A model generated the notes under the pieces. The model saw only the letters and a program-made list of their open reading frames with translations, was not told the origin of the DNA and did not search any database. A stretch of 64,000 nucleotides of DNA. Source: a virus. The position numbers were made by a program, and so were the translations under genes. The stretch is taken from IMG/VR virus record IMGVR_UViG_3300003155_000003, one strand, 5' to 3'. Shown here piece by piece: positions 1 through 9,026 of the stretch. Numbering within the stretch: position 1 is the first letter of the stretch; each line of letters begins with the position of its first letter.

Positions 1-163
1 TACCTTTACGATTAGTGTGTATTGATATTTTTAATTCTTTCCAATCTCCATTTCGTTTTTGGAATACCTTACCACTACGCCCATCTATGTATTCATCTTT
101 TCTGAATACTTGACCTTGTTTACTTACAAAATAACAAGGTAAACCAGGAATATTTTCTTTCAT
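1..163 (-). CDS. HNH/NUMOD4-type homing endonuclease, N-terminal fragment (3' end runs off the window)
   Basis: Reverse-strand ATG at 163-161 opens MKENIPGLPCYFVSKQGQVFRKDEYIDGRSGKVFQKRNGDWKEL..., open to position 1. The IPG-x-x-Y-x-VS-x-x-G-x-V opening is the same as in the HNH ORFs at 42534, 50453 and 58344. Confidence 0.5.
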   Translation of the reverse strand, partial: MKENIPGLPCYFVSKQGQVFRKDEYIDGRSGKVFQKRNGDWKELKISIHTNRKG

Positions 164-201
164 TTTAACAGGTTTTTAAATTTCATACCCATATAGTCAC
201 A

Positions 202-1218
202 ATGGAAAAGTTTAATTTATTGGGAGTAAGCGCAGGTCAAGGTGCTTTATTATTCCCTTTTATAAAATCTAAAAAGTACAAGCTCCTGGGTAATATTGAA
301 CCAAGAGGAGTTTTTCATACAAATTGCGAAAGTCAGTGGAAAGCCAATTTTAAGGATATACCGTTCTACAAAGGATACTGTTTACAAGAGTTTGATGAGA
401 AAGTAGATATCATAATCTCTTCTCCAGACTGTGGAGCATCATCAATTATGAGACTTTCAAAGGTTAAAGAATTGGGTAAGCCCAAAGATAACCGAAGTTT
501 AAATCTAGTAATAGAAGGAATCAATTATTACAAGCCTAAGATTTTTCTTATAGAAAACCTACCTCGTTTGCTATCTCTCTTACCCAATGAATACCTTCAG
601 GAAGCCTTTAAAGACTATAAACTTATTTTTCATGAAAGAAGCGTTTCCGACTATGGGAACTCCCAAGTATCAAGGAAGCGTTTAGTTATCGTTGGAGTGC
701 ATAAGAAAGCCGGTAAGAAATACTTGAATGCTTTTAATGAAGTATTCCAAGTAAAAACTCCAACAATTACTAGAAATCTACTTAACGATTACCAGAATCC
801 ATTGAATTATAACATTCCTTTGGATAAAACCCTGGCAATGTATGATTATCGGAAGCTTCCTAAAAAGAAGAATCTAACCGTTAAAAAGATTCAGCTATTG
901 TGGAATAGTGACTTCAAGAATGAAAAGAAATGGCCCATAAAGACTGCTAAGATGAGTACTCTCCCAGGAGTGTATCGATTAGAGTTAGATAAAGCTCCTC
1001 TAACTTTAAGACCTGCTGATAGACAGTTCCGACCCGATGGTTACCCTCTTGGGATTTTAGATTTCAAAGCAATTATGGGATTCCCTAAAGCCTACAAGAT
1101 TTTCATGGATGAAGGCAATTACCTTTACTGGCTTAACAAGGCAAGGTATACCATAGCTAAAGGGTCGGTCTACGAAATTTCAATATGGTTCAAACGTTGT
1201 ATTAAGAAGGTTTCATGA
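202..1218 (+). CDS. DNA (cytosine-5)-methyltransferase-like protein (divergent motifs)
   Basis: The C5-MTase motifs occur in the expected order: motif I-like LLGVSAGQGALLFPF, motif IV-like SSPDCGASS (Pro/Cys core), motif VI IENLPRL (ENV-like), motif VIII QVSRKRLVIVG (QxRxR), and a C-terminal AKGSVYE in place of GNAV. Confidence 0.6.
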   Translation: MEKFNLLGVSAGQGALLFPFIKSKKYKLLGNIEPRGVFHTNCESQWKANFKDIPFYKGYCLQEFDEKVDIIISSPDCGASSIMRLSKVKELGKPKDNRSLNLVIEGINYYKPKIFLIENLPRLLSLLPNEYLQEAFKDYKLIFHERSVSDYGNSQVSRKRLVIVGVHKKAGKKYLNAFNEVFQVKTPTITRNLLNDYQNPLNYNIPLDKTLAMYDYRKLPKKKNLTVKKIQLLWNSDFKNEKKWPIKTAKMSTLPGVYRLELDKAPLTLRPADRQFRPDGYPLGILDFKAIMGFPKAYKIFMDEGNYLYWLNKARYTIAKGSVYEISIWFKRCIKKVS

Positions 1219-1301
1219 GCCCCTTATAATTATATTATAAGTATACTTGTAAAATCTTCTATCATCACTTAAGACCTCTTACCAATTAGGATTTAGGATA
1301 T

Positions 1302-1337
1302 TTCTCATTCGAATAGCTAAAGCTATTCTCATTCGAA
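1302..1337. repeat. Direct repeat TTCTCATTCGAA (1302-1313 and 1326-1337) flanking the palindrome AATAGCTAAAGCTATT (1312-1327)
   Basis: Read directly in the 274-nt non-coding gap between the methyltransferase gene and the packaging module. Confidence 0.6.
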
Positions 1338-1492
1338 AAAACGCGAAGGTACCATGAATTTTTCTTACCTAACTAGTTGAATTAGAATTAGTTAGATAGT
1401 GTTTTGGCTCGCAGAATATGTAAATCAAGGTGCCAGACCTACCAAATACTATCAGTACTATTATCATTTGAAAACCTAAAAATTTTAAAGAA

Positions 1493-1762
1493 ATGAAGTC
1501 ACCGAAAGTAACTAAGCAAGAAGCCAGAGATTTAAAGAATATGGGCTTCATCCCTCAATCGATTAACAAATTGATTCAGAGACATCTAATTAAGAAAATG
1601 ATTCCACTTGGAGCAAGAGTTTCTATGAAACGTTCAGATAACTCTTTGTTTGTAGGATATTCAATCCCATTAAACCAAAAGAACCTGGATTTAAGTGAAA
1701 TTGAAAAACTCGAAGAAGTTATTGATGAACTGAAAGATATCATCAAGAAGAATAAATTTTAA
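1493..1762 (+). CDS. hypothetical small protein (its position makes a small terminase or DNA-binding role possible but unproven)
   Basis: An 89-aa ORF that begins the + strand gene train upstream of terL. It has a basic N-terminus and an acidic, helical C-terminus, with no diagnostic motif. Confidence 0.4.
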   Translation: MKSPKVTKQEARDLKNMGFIPQSINKLIQRHLIKKMIPLGARVSMKRSDNSLFVGYSIPLNQKNLDLSEIEKLEEVIDELKDIIKKNKF

Positions 1763-1767
1763 CCAAC

Positions 1768-2412
1768 ATGAAGAAATGGAAAGATGTATTAGTTCTAGTC
1801 TTACTAGGATTTACTATTTACCTTTGCTTCAGGAATTACAAATTGAATTCGTATATCAGTCAACTTCCTGATTCATCGGTCATTGGTATCTCTGATACAA
1901 TCAAACTGAAAGAAAAGTTTAAGCCCCAAAAACCTTTTTCCCAGTTAATTGAACCAAGTAGAATCCTTCTCTACGACTTTTATAGAAACAGCAATAGAAT
2001 GACTAAATCTCCAAGTTCTGATTCAACAGCGGTTGATTCTGACCATTCGGTAAAAGTCAGCAAGAAGGATTCTCTGGTTCAGTTTACTCTAGACAACAAC
2101 AAGTTAAATATCAGTCTGTTCAATAAGGAGACAGATTCTTATTCAACTAGAATGTTCAATCTAGACTTAGGGAATTACAAATATAACTGGTATGAGGGAC
2201 AATTAACTCAGAAGAAAATTCGGAAACTTAGTATTAGTCCTTATGTCTACGGTAAATACAGACCCTTTAATCAACTGTTTGATATCGGAACTGGCCTTAC
2301 AATCAAGACTACGAATTTTAATTACAAACTCGGAGTTAATGCTTTCTGTTATCCGAAATACTTTTCAGGTATAAAAGCTGACTTAGAGTTTTCAATTCAA
2401 TATAACTTTTGA
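1768..2412 (+). CDS. hypothetical protein with N-terminal transmembrane/signal-anchor segment
   Basis: The N-terminus WKDVLVLVLLGFTIYLCF is hydrophobic, and the ORF ends 1 nt before the terL start. Confidence 0.5.
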   Translation: MKKWKDVLVLVLLGFTIYLCFRNYKLNSYISQLPDSSVIGISDTIKLKEKFKPQKPFSQLIEPSRILLYDFYRNSNRMTKSPSSDSTAVDSDHSVKVSKKDSLVQFTLDNNKLNISLFNKETDSYSTRMFNLDLGNYKYNWYEGQLTQKKIRKLSISPYVYGKYRPFNQLFDIGTGLTIKTTNFNYKLGVNAFCYPKYFSGIKADLEFSIQYNF

Positions 2413-2413
2413 T

Positions 2414-3919
2414 ATGGCGAAAAAGATAATCACAGAAAATCACACTTCCCTTAACCGGGAGGAATTAGCAACCCTTGCAAAGGTTTCTAATGATGTTTTC
2501 TATTTCAGTCTTTTCACCTATGTGATACACCCAATGAGGGGAAAGGTTAGATTTGAACTTTATCCATACCAAAAATCGGTACTGTATAATTTCGTAAAAG
2601 AACGTTTCAATATCCTGCTTAAGTTTAGACAGGCTGGTATTACAGAACTTATTTCTATGTATTGCCTTTGGTTAGCAATGTATCATCCTAACAAGAAGAT
2701 TAACATTATCTCAATCAAAGACACAACTGCTAAGAAAGTACTTAAGAAGATTAAGTTCATGTATAAGAACCTGCCATGGTATTTACAAACACCGATTATC
2801 AATGGTAGAGCTGGAGAATATGGTTCTGCATCCATGATAGAATTCGATAATGGTTCTTTCATAGAATCTATCCCTACATCTTCGGAAGCTGGTCGTTCAG
2901 AATCTCTTTCCTTACTGGTAATTGATGAAGCAGCAGTAGTTAGATGGGCAGCCCAGATTTGGGCAGCCGCTTTTCCTACTCTTTCCACTGGTGGAGCTGC
3001 TATCATCAATTCCACTCCCTACGGAGTTGGTAATTTTTATCACTCTACTTGGGTAGATGCAATTGCTGGAGGAAACCCATTTAACCCACTTCGATTGTAT
3101 TGGCAAATGCACCCAGAACGAGATATCAATTGGTACAATGAAATGTCTTCTGCCTTGGGAACCAAAAGAACTGCACAAGAAATTGATGGTGACTTCTTAT
3201 CATCTGGAAATACAGTCTTCGACCTGTCTGATATCAAGGCAATCGAAGACTGCCTTAGTGATTATCCAGTTCTTAAGAAAAGGTTTAATGGTCAGTATAG
3301 GCAATTCTGCGAACCAGAAGATAACAAGGAATACTTTATTGGTGCCGACGTTTCTACTGGTAGAGCAACTGACTACTCTGCTTTTACTTGTATGGATAAA
3401 GCTGGAGAAGAACAAGCAGTATTCAAAGGCAGGTTATCAGTAGATAAGTATGCTAGATTACTGGGAGATACCGGTCAATTATTTAATTTTGCAACTATTG
3501 CTCCAGAATCAAACGATGTTGGATTGGCAGTAACCTCTAAACTTCAAGATGAAGGATATCCTAAACTGTATTACTACCAAAAGATGCTTAAGAAAAAAGG
3601 TAAATCTAGACCCGAGATGGATAAATCTCCTGGATGGTTAACTACTCAAAGGAACCGTTCAGTAATCATTGAAGGTTTAGAACAAGATATACGAGAAGAT
3701 AATATCACTTGTAAGGACCCATTCTTTGTTCAAGAAGCATATACCTTCATATATGATGGTTTGGGTAGGCCAGTTGCAATGGGTAAACATAGAGCTAACA
3801 ATTCAGCAGTAGATGTAGACCTTGAAGGTGATGTCTATTCTGATGACTCCATATTTGGTAAAGCTATATGTAATCACATAAGGAAAGGAAAAACTAACGT
3901 AATTGTACAACCAAAATGA
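2414..3919 (+). CDS. terL: terminase large subunit
   Basis: Walker A-like KFRQAGITELIS, Walker B LLVIDEAA, a C-terminal RNase H-like nuclease region (FIGADVSTGRATDYSAF) and a 501-aa size. It lies immediately upstream of the portal gene. Confidence 0.85.
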   Translation: MAKKIITENHTSLNREELATLAKVSNDVFYFSLFTYVIHPMRGKVRFELYPYQKSVLYNFVKERFNILLKFRQAGITELISMYCLWLAMYHPNKKINIISIKDTTAKKVLKKIKFMYKNLPWYLQTPIINGRAGEYGSASMIEFDNGSFIESIPTSSEAGRSESLSLLVIDEAAVVRWAAQIWAAAFPTLSTGGAAIINSTPYGVGNFYHSTWVDAIAGGNPFNPLRLYWQMHPERDINWYNEMSSALGTKRTAQEIDGDFLSSGNTVFDLSDIKAIEDCLSDYPVLKKRFNGQYRQFCEPEDNKEYFIGADVSTGRATDYSAFTCMDKAGEEQAVFKGRLSVDKYARLLGDTGQLFNFATIAPESNDVGLAVTSKLQDEGYPKLYYYQKMLKKKGKSRPEMDKSPGWLTTQRNRSVIIEGLEQDIREDNITCKDPFFVQEAYTFIYDGLGRPVAMGKHRANNSAVDVDLEGDVYSDDSIFGKAICNHIRKGKTNVIVQPK

Positions 3920-5400
3920 AAAAGAAGTTCAACTTTAATTGGAGTTGGGGGAGAAAGAAGGACCCACCTCCAGAACCCTACAAAGAGGGGAAGAAATCAA
4001 AACCTTCTACTATCTCTCCTGGTAGAGTTTCAGTCGATGAAGATGAATCTCTTATCAGTTCATTAAAGGGTATTACTGCAATGGTAGACCCTTCTTTTCG
4101 TGTTGAAGTAATACCTCTAATTCGAGATTTATATAAAGTAAATCCGGATATGGGCATTGCTTTGCAGGATATGTTTAAGTTAACCAATACTGGGCATACA
4201 GTAACATTCCCTAATAATACGGATGAAGAAGCAGATAAGATGAGGAAACACTTGGCTGAGAAAACTAAGAAATGGTCAAGGTATACTGCTGGAATAGATG
4301 GCTTGGTTAACAAGATGATTGTACAATGTCTTGTTGGCGGAGCTATTTCTGTTGAAGGAGTTCCTGATGAAAAGCTGGAAGGTTTGGATACTATTCTATT
4401 CCTTAGACCTGAGAACATTGTATTCAAAAGGGAAAACAATGGAGTATACTCTCCTTATCAAAAGAATAAGAATTATTTCATAAAGCACCAGGATTACATT
4501 AAGCTTAACCCAGAGACTTATGTATATGCTGCAATGTATAATGATACCGATGAACCATACGGAATACCACCGTTCATGGCAGCATTAGATTCATTGAAAG
4601 GGCAACATGATATGAGGGTAAACTTTAAACATATCATGGAAGTCTGCGGTATGGTAGGATTCTTGGAAGCTAAGATGGCTAAACCTGACCAATCTGGTAA
4701 TGAAAGTGTAAGGCAATATGAAGCTAGACTAGAAAGAAACCTAAGAGACCTAAAGAGAAATCTTAGGGAGGGTATGAAAGATGGAATCGTAACCGGTTAC
4801 ATTGATGACCATGAGTTTAAGCTTAACTCTACCACTAAGGAATTAGGTAACATCAAGGAACCTTGGAACATGAATCAACAATCAGTTGCCAATGGTTTGG
4901 GAGTTAATGGTAATCTTATCGGAGTTAGTTCAACAACTGGTGAAGGAGCAACGGGGATAATGCTCTCTAAATTAATCAGCCAGTTAAAGAATCTACAAAT
5001 GCTTGTAACTTATGTATTAGATTTTCTTTATTCTCTAGAACTGCGCCTGGCTGGCTTTAATAACAAGGGAATAAAGATTCAATGGGGGACTTCAACTATC
5101 TCGGATGAAGTTAAAGTTCAACAAGGTCTTCAATACAAGATACAGAATTTGGATTTGTTGTACAAAGCTGGTATCATTAGCCAAGACCAATATGCTTGGG
5201 CAATGGGATATGATTCTCCTGATGAGGATGAACCAAGAGTTTCACTTGAAGACCAGTTTGCTAAAGGTGGTAATTCAGACCCTCAAGAAGGTACTAAGAA
5301 GAAACAAAGGCAGGCTGATAAGAATCAATCTGCTCGTAGGTCAAGAGATAAAACTAATCCGGCTCCTTCTCGAGGAGACCAAAATACTAAAGCAAGATGA
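3916..5400 (+). CDS. portal protein
   Basis: A 494-aa ORF whose start overlaps the terL stop, which is the canonical portal position. The C-terminal tail is charged and disordered. Confidence 0.65.
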   Translation: MKKKFNFNWSWGRKKDPPPEPYKEGKKSKPSTISPGRVSVDEDESLISSLKGITAMVDPSFRVEVIPLIRDLYKVNPDMGIALQDMFKLTNTGHTVTFPNNTDEEADKMRKHLAEKTKKWSRYTAGIDGLVNKMIVQCLVGGAISVEGVPDEKLEGLDTILFLRPENIVFKRENNGVYSPYQKNKNYFIKHQDYIKLNPETYVYAAMYNDTDEPYGIPPFMAALDSLKGQHDMRVNFKHIMEVCGMVGFLEAKMAKPDQSGNESVRQYEARLERNLRDLKRNLREGMKDGIVTGYIDDHEFKLNSTTKELGNIKEPWNMNQQSVANGLGVNGNLIGVSSTTGEGATGIMLSKLISQLKNLQMLVTYVLDFLYSLELRLAGFNNKGIKIQWGTSTISDEVKVQQGLQYKIQNLDLLYKAGIISQDQYAWAMGYDSPDEDEPRVSLEDQFAKGGNSDPQEGTKKKQRQADKNQSARRSRDKTNPAPSRGDQNTKAR

Positions 5401-6902
5401 GTAAATTTACAAAGAAAAACAAAGAGCATCTTGATTCAATGGTGATTGGGCAAGGGCATACCATTATGGCTGGGTATATCCCAGAATCTGTTGGAGCCCA
5501 AGCTTTCTCCGAGAATTATTATAAATGGAAGACTCCAACACCGGACTCCATTGCTCAATTTGGATTTTGGGGAGGTGATATAGATTACAATACTTATTAT
5601 CCTAACCTTGATAAATCTGAACTTACTCCTAAGGACGAAGAATTTATCGAACCGATGTTTAGATTACTTTCAGAAACGATTGTATCTAAGAATTGGAATC
5701 CTACTGACTTTAGTCAAAATGGAGTACTAAAGGCATCAATGAAACTGTTACTTGGTCAAACCGTAAACTGCGACCATGAAACAAACATTGGTAATGCAAT
5801 CGGGGCTGTATCTCAAGTGATGTGGCAAGAATCTTATAAAGATGGACACTTCACTATTCCTGCAGGTATCAATGGTATTCTGAAGATTGATGGTAAGGCA
5901 AATCCAAGAATTGCTAGAGGAATCCTTATGGAACCTCCTTCAATCCACAGTAATTCAGTAACTGTACAGTTCAAGTGGGATAAATCTCATCCAGGAATGG
6001 AAGATGGTGAATTCTACCAGAAGCTTGGTACCTATGATTCTAAGGGAGAGATGGTACGTAGAATAGTTACTGAGATAGTTCGTTATTTGGAAACTTCATT
6101 AGTATCCCATGGTGCTGATTCATTTGCTCAAAAGATTGGTTCAGATGGTAAAATTGTTAATCCTACTTTTGCAAAAAGAACCTGGGCTTCTTATGAGGAA
6201 TATAGGGATGACAAGTCCAAACAGTATTTCTTTACTGACTACAAAACAGATCTCTCAGAGTTTCAAGAAAAGGACGATACTCAGGATTCTTTAATTGATA
6301 ACCAAGAAAACCAAAATAATAATAAAGAGAATATGAACAAAGAATTGCAAGAATTTCTTGAAAAGCTTTTCGGGGATAACATGCTATCCCTTGCAGAAGG
6401 CAAAGAGATGACTCAGGAAGAAGTTATCTCATGTATTCAAAGCTTGGTATCATCCAAAAACAGTCTTCAGACTACGGTTGATAATCTGACTACAGAGAAA
6501 TCTTCTCTCACTGAACAGATTACTAATCTGAATGCTGAAGTAGCAAACTTGAAGGAAATGGCAACAGTAGGAAAGAATCACATTGCTTCTCTCCGTGAAA
6601 ATGCCGTAGGTACTTATAAGAAGTTGATGGGTGACAAAGCCGATGAAACTATCATCACTATGTTGAATGCCGAAACTACTGGCATGGTTACTTTGATTTC
6701 TCTCCAGAAAGACTATCAGGCTCGTTTGGAAGAGAAGTTCCCAATGGTATGCGCAAGCTGCGGTTCTCACGATGTAAGCCGTGCTTCTTCAGCTCAGGAA
6801 ATTGATGAAAAATCAGGAACTCAGACTGAGGATAAAACTAAATTGGCCGAAAGATCTACTTCCGATGTTCTTGATGACATCTACAAGAGTAAGTTCAAAT
6901 AA
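5397..6902 (+). CDS. putative prohead protease / scaffolding fusion protein
   Basis: It sits between the portal and capsid genes. The N-terminal half has an HK97-protease-like stretch (VNCDHETNIGNAIGAVSQVMW). The C-terminal half is a long heptad-rich coiled coil (LQTTVDNLTTEKSSLTEQITNLNAEVANLKE), as in scaffolds. Confidence 0.4.
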   Translation: MSKFTKKNKEHLDSMVIGQGHTIMAGYIPESVGAQAFSENYYKWKTPTPDSIAQFGFWGGDIDYNTYYPNLDKSELTPKDEEFIEPMFRLLSETIVSKNWNPTDFSQNGVLKASMKLLLGQTVNCDHETNIGNAIGAVSQVMWQESYKDGHFTIPAGINGILKIDGKANPRIARGILMEPPSIHSNSVTVQFKWDKSHPGMEDGEFYQKLGTYDSKGEMVRRIVTEIVRYLETSLVSHGADSFAQKIGSDGKIVNPTFAKRTWASYEEYRDDKSKQYFFTDYKTDLSEFQEKDDTQDSLIDNQENQNNNKENMNKELQEFLEKLFGDNMLSLAEGKEMTQEEVISCIQSLVSSKNSLQTTVDNLTTEKSSLTEQITNLNAEVANLKEMATVGKNHIASLRENAVGTYKKLMGDKADETIITMLNAETTGMVTLISLQKDYQARLEEKFPMVCASCGSHDVSRASSAQEIDEKSGTQTEDKTKLAERSTSDVLDDIYKSKFK

Positions 6903-6928
6903 AGAAATAATCGATAAATATCACTGTT

Positions 6929-7396
6929 ATGACGAAAATCGTAAACAAAGACCAAGCAATGACTCTCTTTGGGGAAAAGACTCCAAGAGCGGTGATTTAC
7001 AAAAGTGAATCCCACAAATTGCACCAAGCCTTCAATGTAAAAGAAGGAGAAACAATCGTTCAGGGTATGCCGGTAGCAATTGATGAAACTGGCCTCATAT
7101 TCCCTTTTAAAGCTGCTGATACTGAAGTATATTTGGGAGTTGCTGTTACTGATAACATCAATCCGGCTTACCGTGCCCAACATAACTTCCCTGTAGAAGT
7201 TACAGTTGCCATGGAAGGTTACATGATTTGTAATTGGGTATCAAATACTACTCTTACTGCTGGTTATGTAATCCCTTCTGGAGATTTGCTAAATGACCGT
7301 TTTGTAAAAGCAAACCAGGAAACCTCAACAACTCCTTTCATTGCTCTTACTCCGGCAGACGAAGCAAACGAGTTAATCCAAGTACTTATTAAATAA
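6929..7396 (+). CDS. small capsid-module protein (possible decoration/cement protein)
   Basis: A 155-aa ORF directly upstream of the major capsid gene. Its codon usage shifts to ccg/cgt-type codons, as in the capsid gene. Confidence 0.35.
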   Translation: MTKIVNKDQAMTLFGEKTPRAVIYKSESHKLHQAFNVKEGETIVQGMPVAIDETGLIFPFKAADTEVYLGVAVTDNINPAYRAQHNFPVEVTVAMEGYMICNWVSNTTLTAGYVIPSGDLLNDRFVKANQETSTTPFIALTPADEANELIQVLIK

Positions 7397-7411
7397 GAAG
7401 AAAAAGAAATT

Positions 7412-8530
7412 ATGGAAAAAGTTGATATTTCAAAACTGAAGAAGGAAGACTTTATCAAAGAACTTCCTCAAATGGTAAGTCAGCTGGATGCTTTCCGTCA
7501 GGGAGCCCAGAACAAAAAGCCGGTAGAAGTTACATTGGGTGAACTTGCTACAGGTAAGTGGGGAATTACAGAAGATGAACTGTTCGAAAAGGTTGGTATC
7601 AATCCAAAAATCGATACAATGGAAAATATCTTCACTATGCCTCAGCAAGATGTTCGTTGGATTGTTCCGGAAATCATTCGTTCTGCAATTACTTTGGGTA
7701 TGCGACAAGCTCCGTTCTATCCGGAGATTATCGCATCTGACCAGTCTATCAATGGATTGACTGCTATCATGCCGATGATTAATATGTCCGATGCTGCACC
7801 GGCTAAGGTTAATGAGGCAGAAACCATCCCATTGGGAGATGTAAGCTTTGGACAGAAATCAGTTTCTCTGTTCAAAATCGGTAAAGGTTTTAAACTTACT
7901 GATGAAGTTCGTAACTACGTTTCTCTTGATGTATTGGCAATCTACCTTCGTGACTTCGGTGTTCAGCTGGGTTATGCAATGGATACATTGGCCATGGACG
8001 TTGTTATCAATGGTAATAAACCGGATGGTTCAGAATCTGCTCCGATTATCGGTGTATACGAAACAACCAATGGTATCACATATAAGGACCTTCTCCATAT
8101 CTGGGTACGTGCTGCTCGTATGGGACGTAACTTCACTACAATGATTGGTGGAGAAGACCAAGCTATCGAAATGTTGAACCTGCCAGAATTTAAAGACCGT
8201 CATTCAGGTACTACTGAAGCTACACTCAACATCAAGTCTCCGGTACCTAAGAATGCCAACTTCTACATCCATCCGGGAACTCCGGACCAAGGCCTTCTGC
8301 TGATTGATACAACGGCTGCCTTGATTAAGCTTACTGCTAAGCAGTTGATGTTGGAATCCGAAAGAATCGTTTCCAATCAGACTCAGGCAATCTATGCAAG
8401 CTTGACTACTGGCTTCTCTAAGATGTATCAGGATGCTGCACTTATCTTGTCTGCGAATAAGAAGTTCTCTGAAGCTGGATTCCCAGACTTCATGAACATC
8501 GACCCGTACTTGATGGTTAACCTGGAGTAA
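7412..8530 (+). CDS. major capsid protein (HK97-fold type inferred)
   Basis: A 372-aa ORF in the capsid position after the protease/scaffold gene. It has distinctive high-expression-like codon usage and is followed by a perfect 10-bp terminator hairpin. Confidence 0.7.
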   Translation: MEKVDISKLKKEDFIKELPQMVSQLDAFRQGAQNKKPVEVTLGELATGKWGITEDELFEKVGINPKIDTMENIFTMPQQDVRWIVPEIIRSAITLGMRQAPFYPEIIASDQSINGLTAIMPMINMSDAAPAKVNEAETIPLGDVSFGQKSVSLFKIGKGFKLTDEVRNYVSLDVLAIYLRDFGVQLGYAMDTLAMDVVINGNKPDGSESAPIIGVYETTNGITYKDLLHIWVRAARMGRNFTTMIGGEDQAIEMLNLPEFKDRHSGTTEATLNIKSPVPKNANFYIHPGTPDQGLLLIDTTAALIKLTAKQLMLESERIVSNQTQAIYASLTTGFSKMYQDAALILSANKKFSEAGFPDFMNIDPYLMVNLE

Positions 8531-8565
8531 ACCCGGTTTTATTTTACACAGTTCTAATTTCGAAT

Positions 8566-8600
8566 GGGATAGGGTTTTGAGAGGACCCTATCCCTATTTT
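8566..8600 (+). terminator. rho-independent terminator after the capsid gene
   Basis: GGGATAGGGT (8566-8575) pairs perfectly with ACCCTATCCC (8585-8594) across a 9-nt loop, followed by TATTTT. Confidence 0.8.
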
Positions 8601-8624
8601 AAACATCTAAAAACTTAGTAGATT

Positions 8625-9020
8625 ATGAGTGAAAAAATAAAGGTAACTGTAGGAGCTAAAGCTTACAGTTTTCATGACCAGTCAACTGGTATCACAATCG
8701 CAAGAGGAGAAGAAAGAGAACTTACTCTCCGTCAACTTGGTTCAAAGAAAATCCAAATGGCTTTGAACTCTGGTCATCTTCGGATGATTGCTGATAAAAA
8801 CAAAGTAGAGAAATATTCAGCAAGTGACTTGGATAAGCTGGAAAAGAAACTTACTGCTCAGTTTGAAAAGGGTATGGAAGTTGCAAAGATTGCAAAAGCC
8901 TACACTCTTGAAGAACTCACTCTCATTGCTGCTCGCCACGAAATCGTAGCCGAGAAGAATGATACCCCGGTAACCCTGGTTCAGGCTTTGCTGGAAGAGT
9001 TCGAAGAACAATCTAAATAA
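8625..9020 (+). CDS. hypothetical head-module protein
   Basis: A 131-aa ORF with no competing frame, preceded by the conserved leader CTAAAAACTTAG. Confidence 0.5.
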   Translation: MSEKIKVTVGAKAYSFHDQSTGITIARGEERELTLRQLGSKKIQMALNSGHLRMIADKNKVEKYSASDLDKLEKKLTAQFEKGMEVAKIAKAYTLEELTLIAARHEIVAEKNDTPVTLVQALLEEFEEQSK

Positions 9021-9026
9021 TCCCTC

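Noticed and set aside
1369-1551. A 60-aa minus-strand ORF in the long non-coding region, overlapping the start of ORF 1493.
   Set aside because: It has hydrophobic low-complexity content, overlaps the + strand gene start, and has no supporting promoter or neighbouring minus-strand gene. It is probably spurious.
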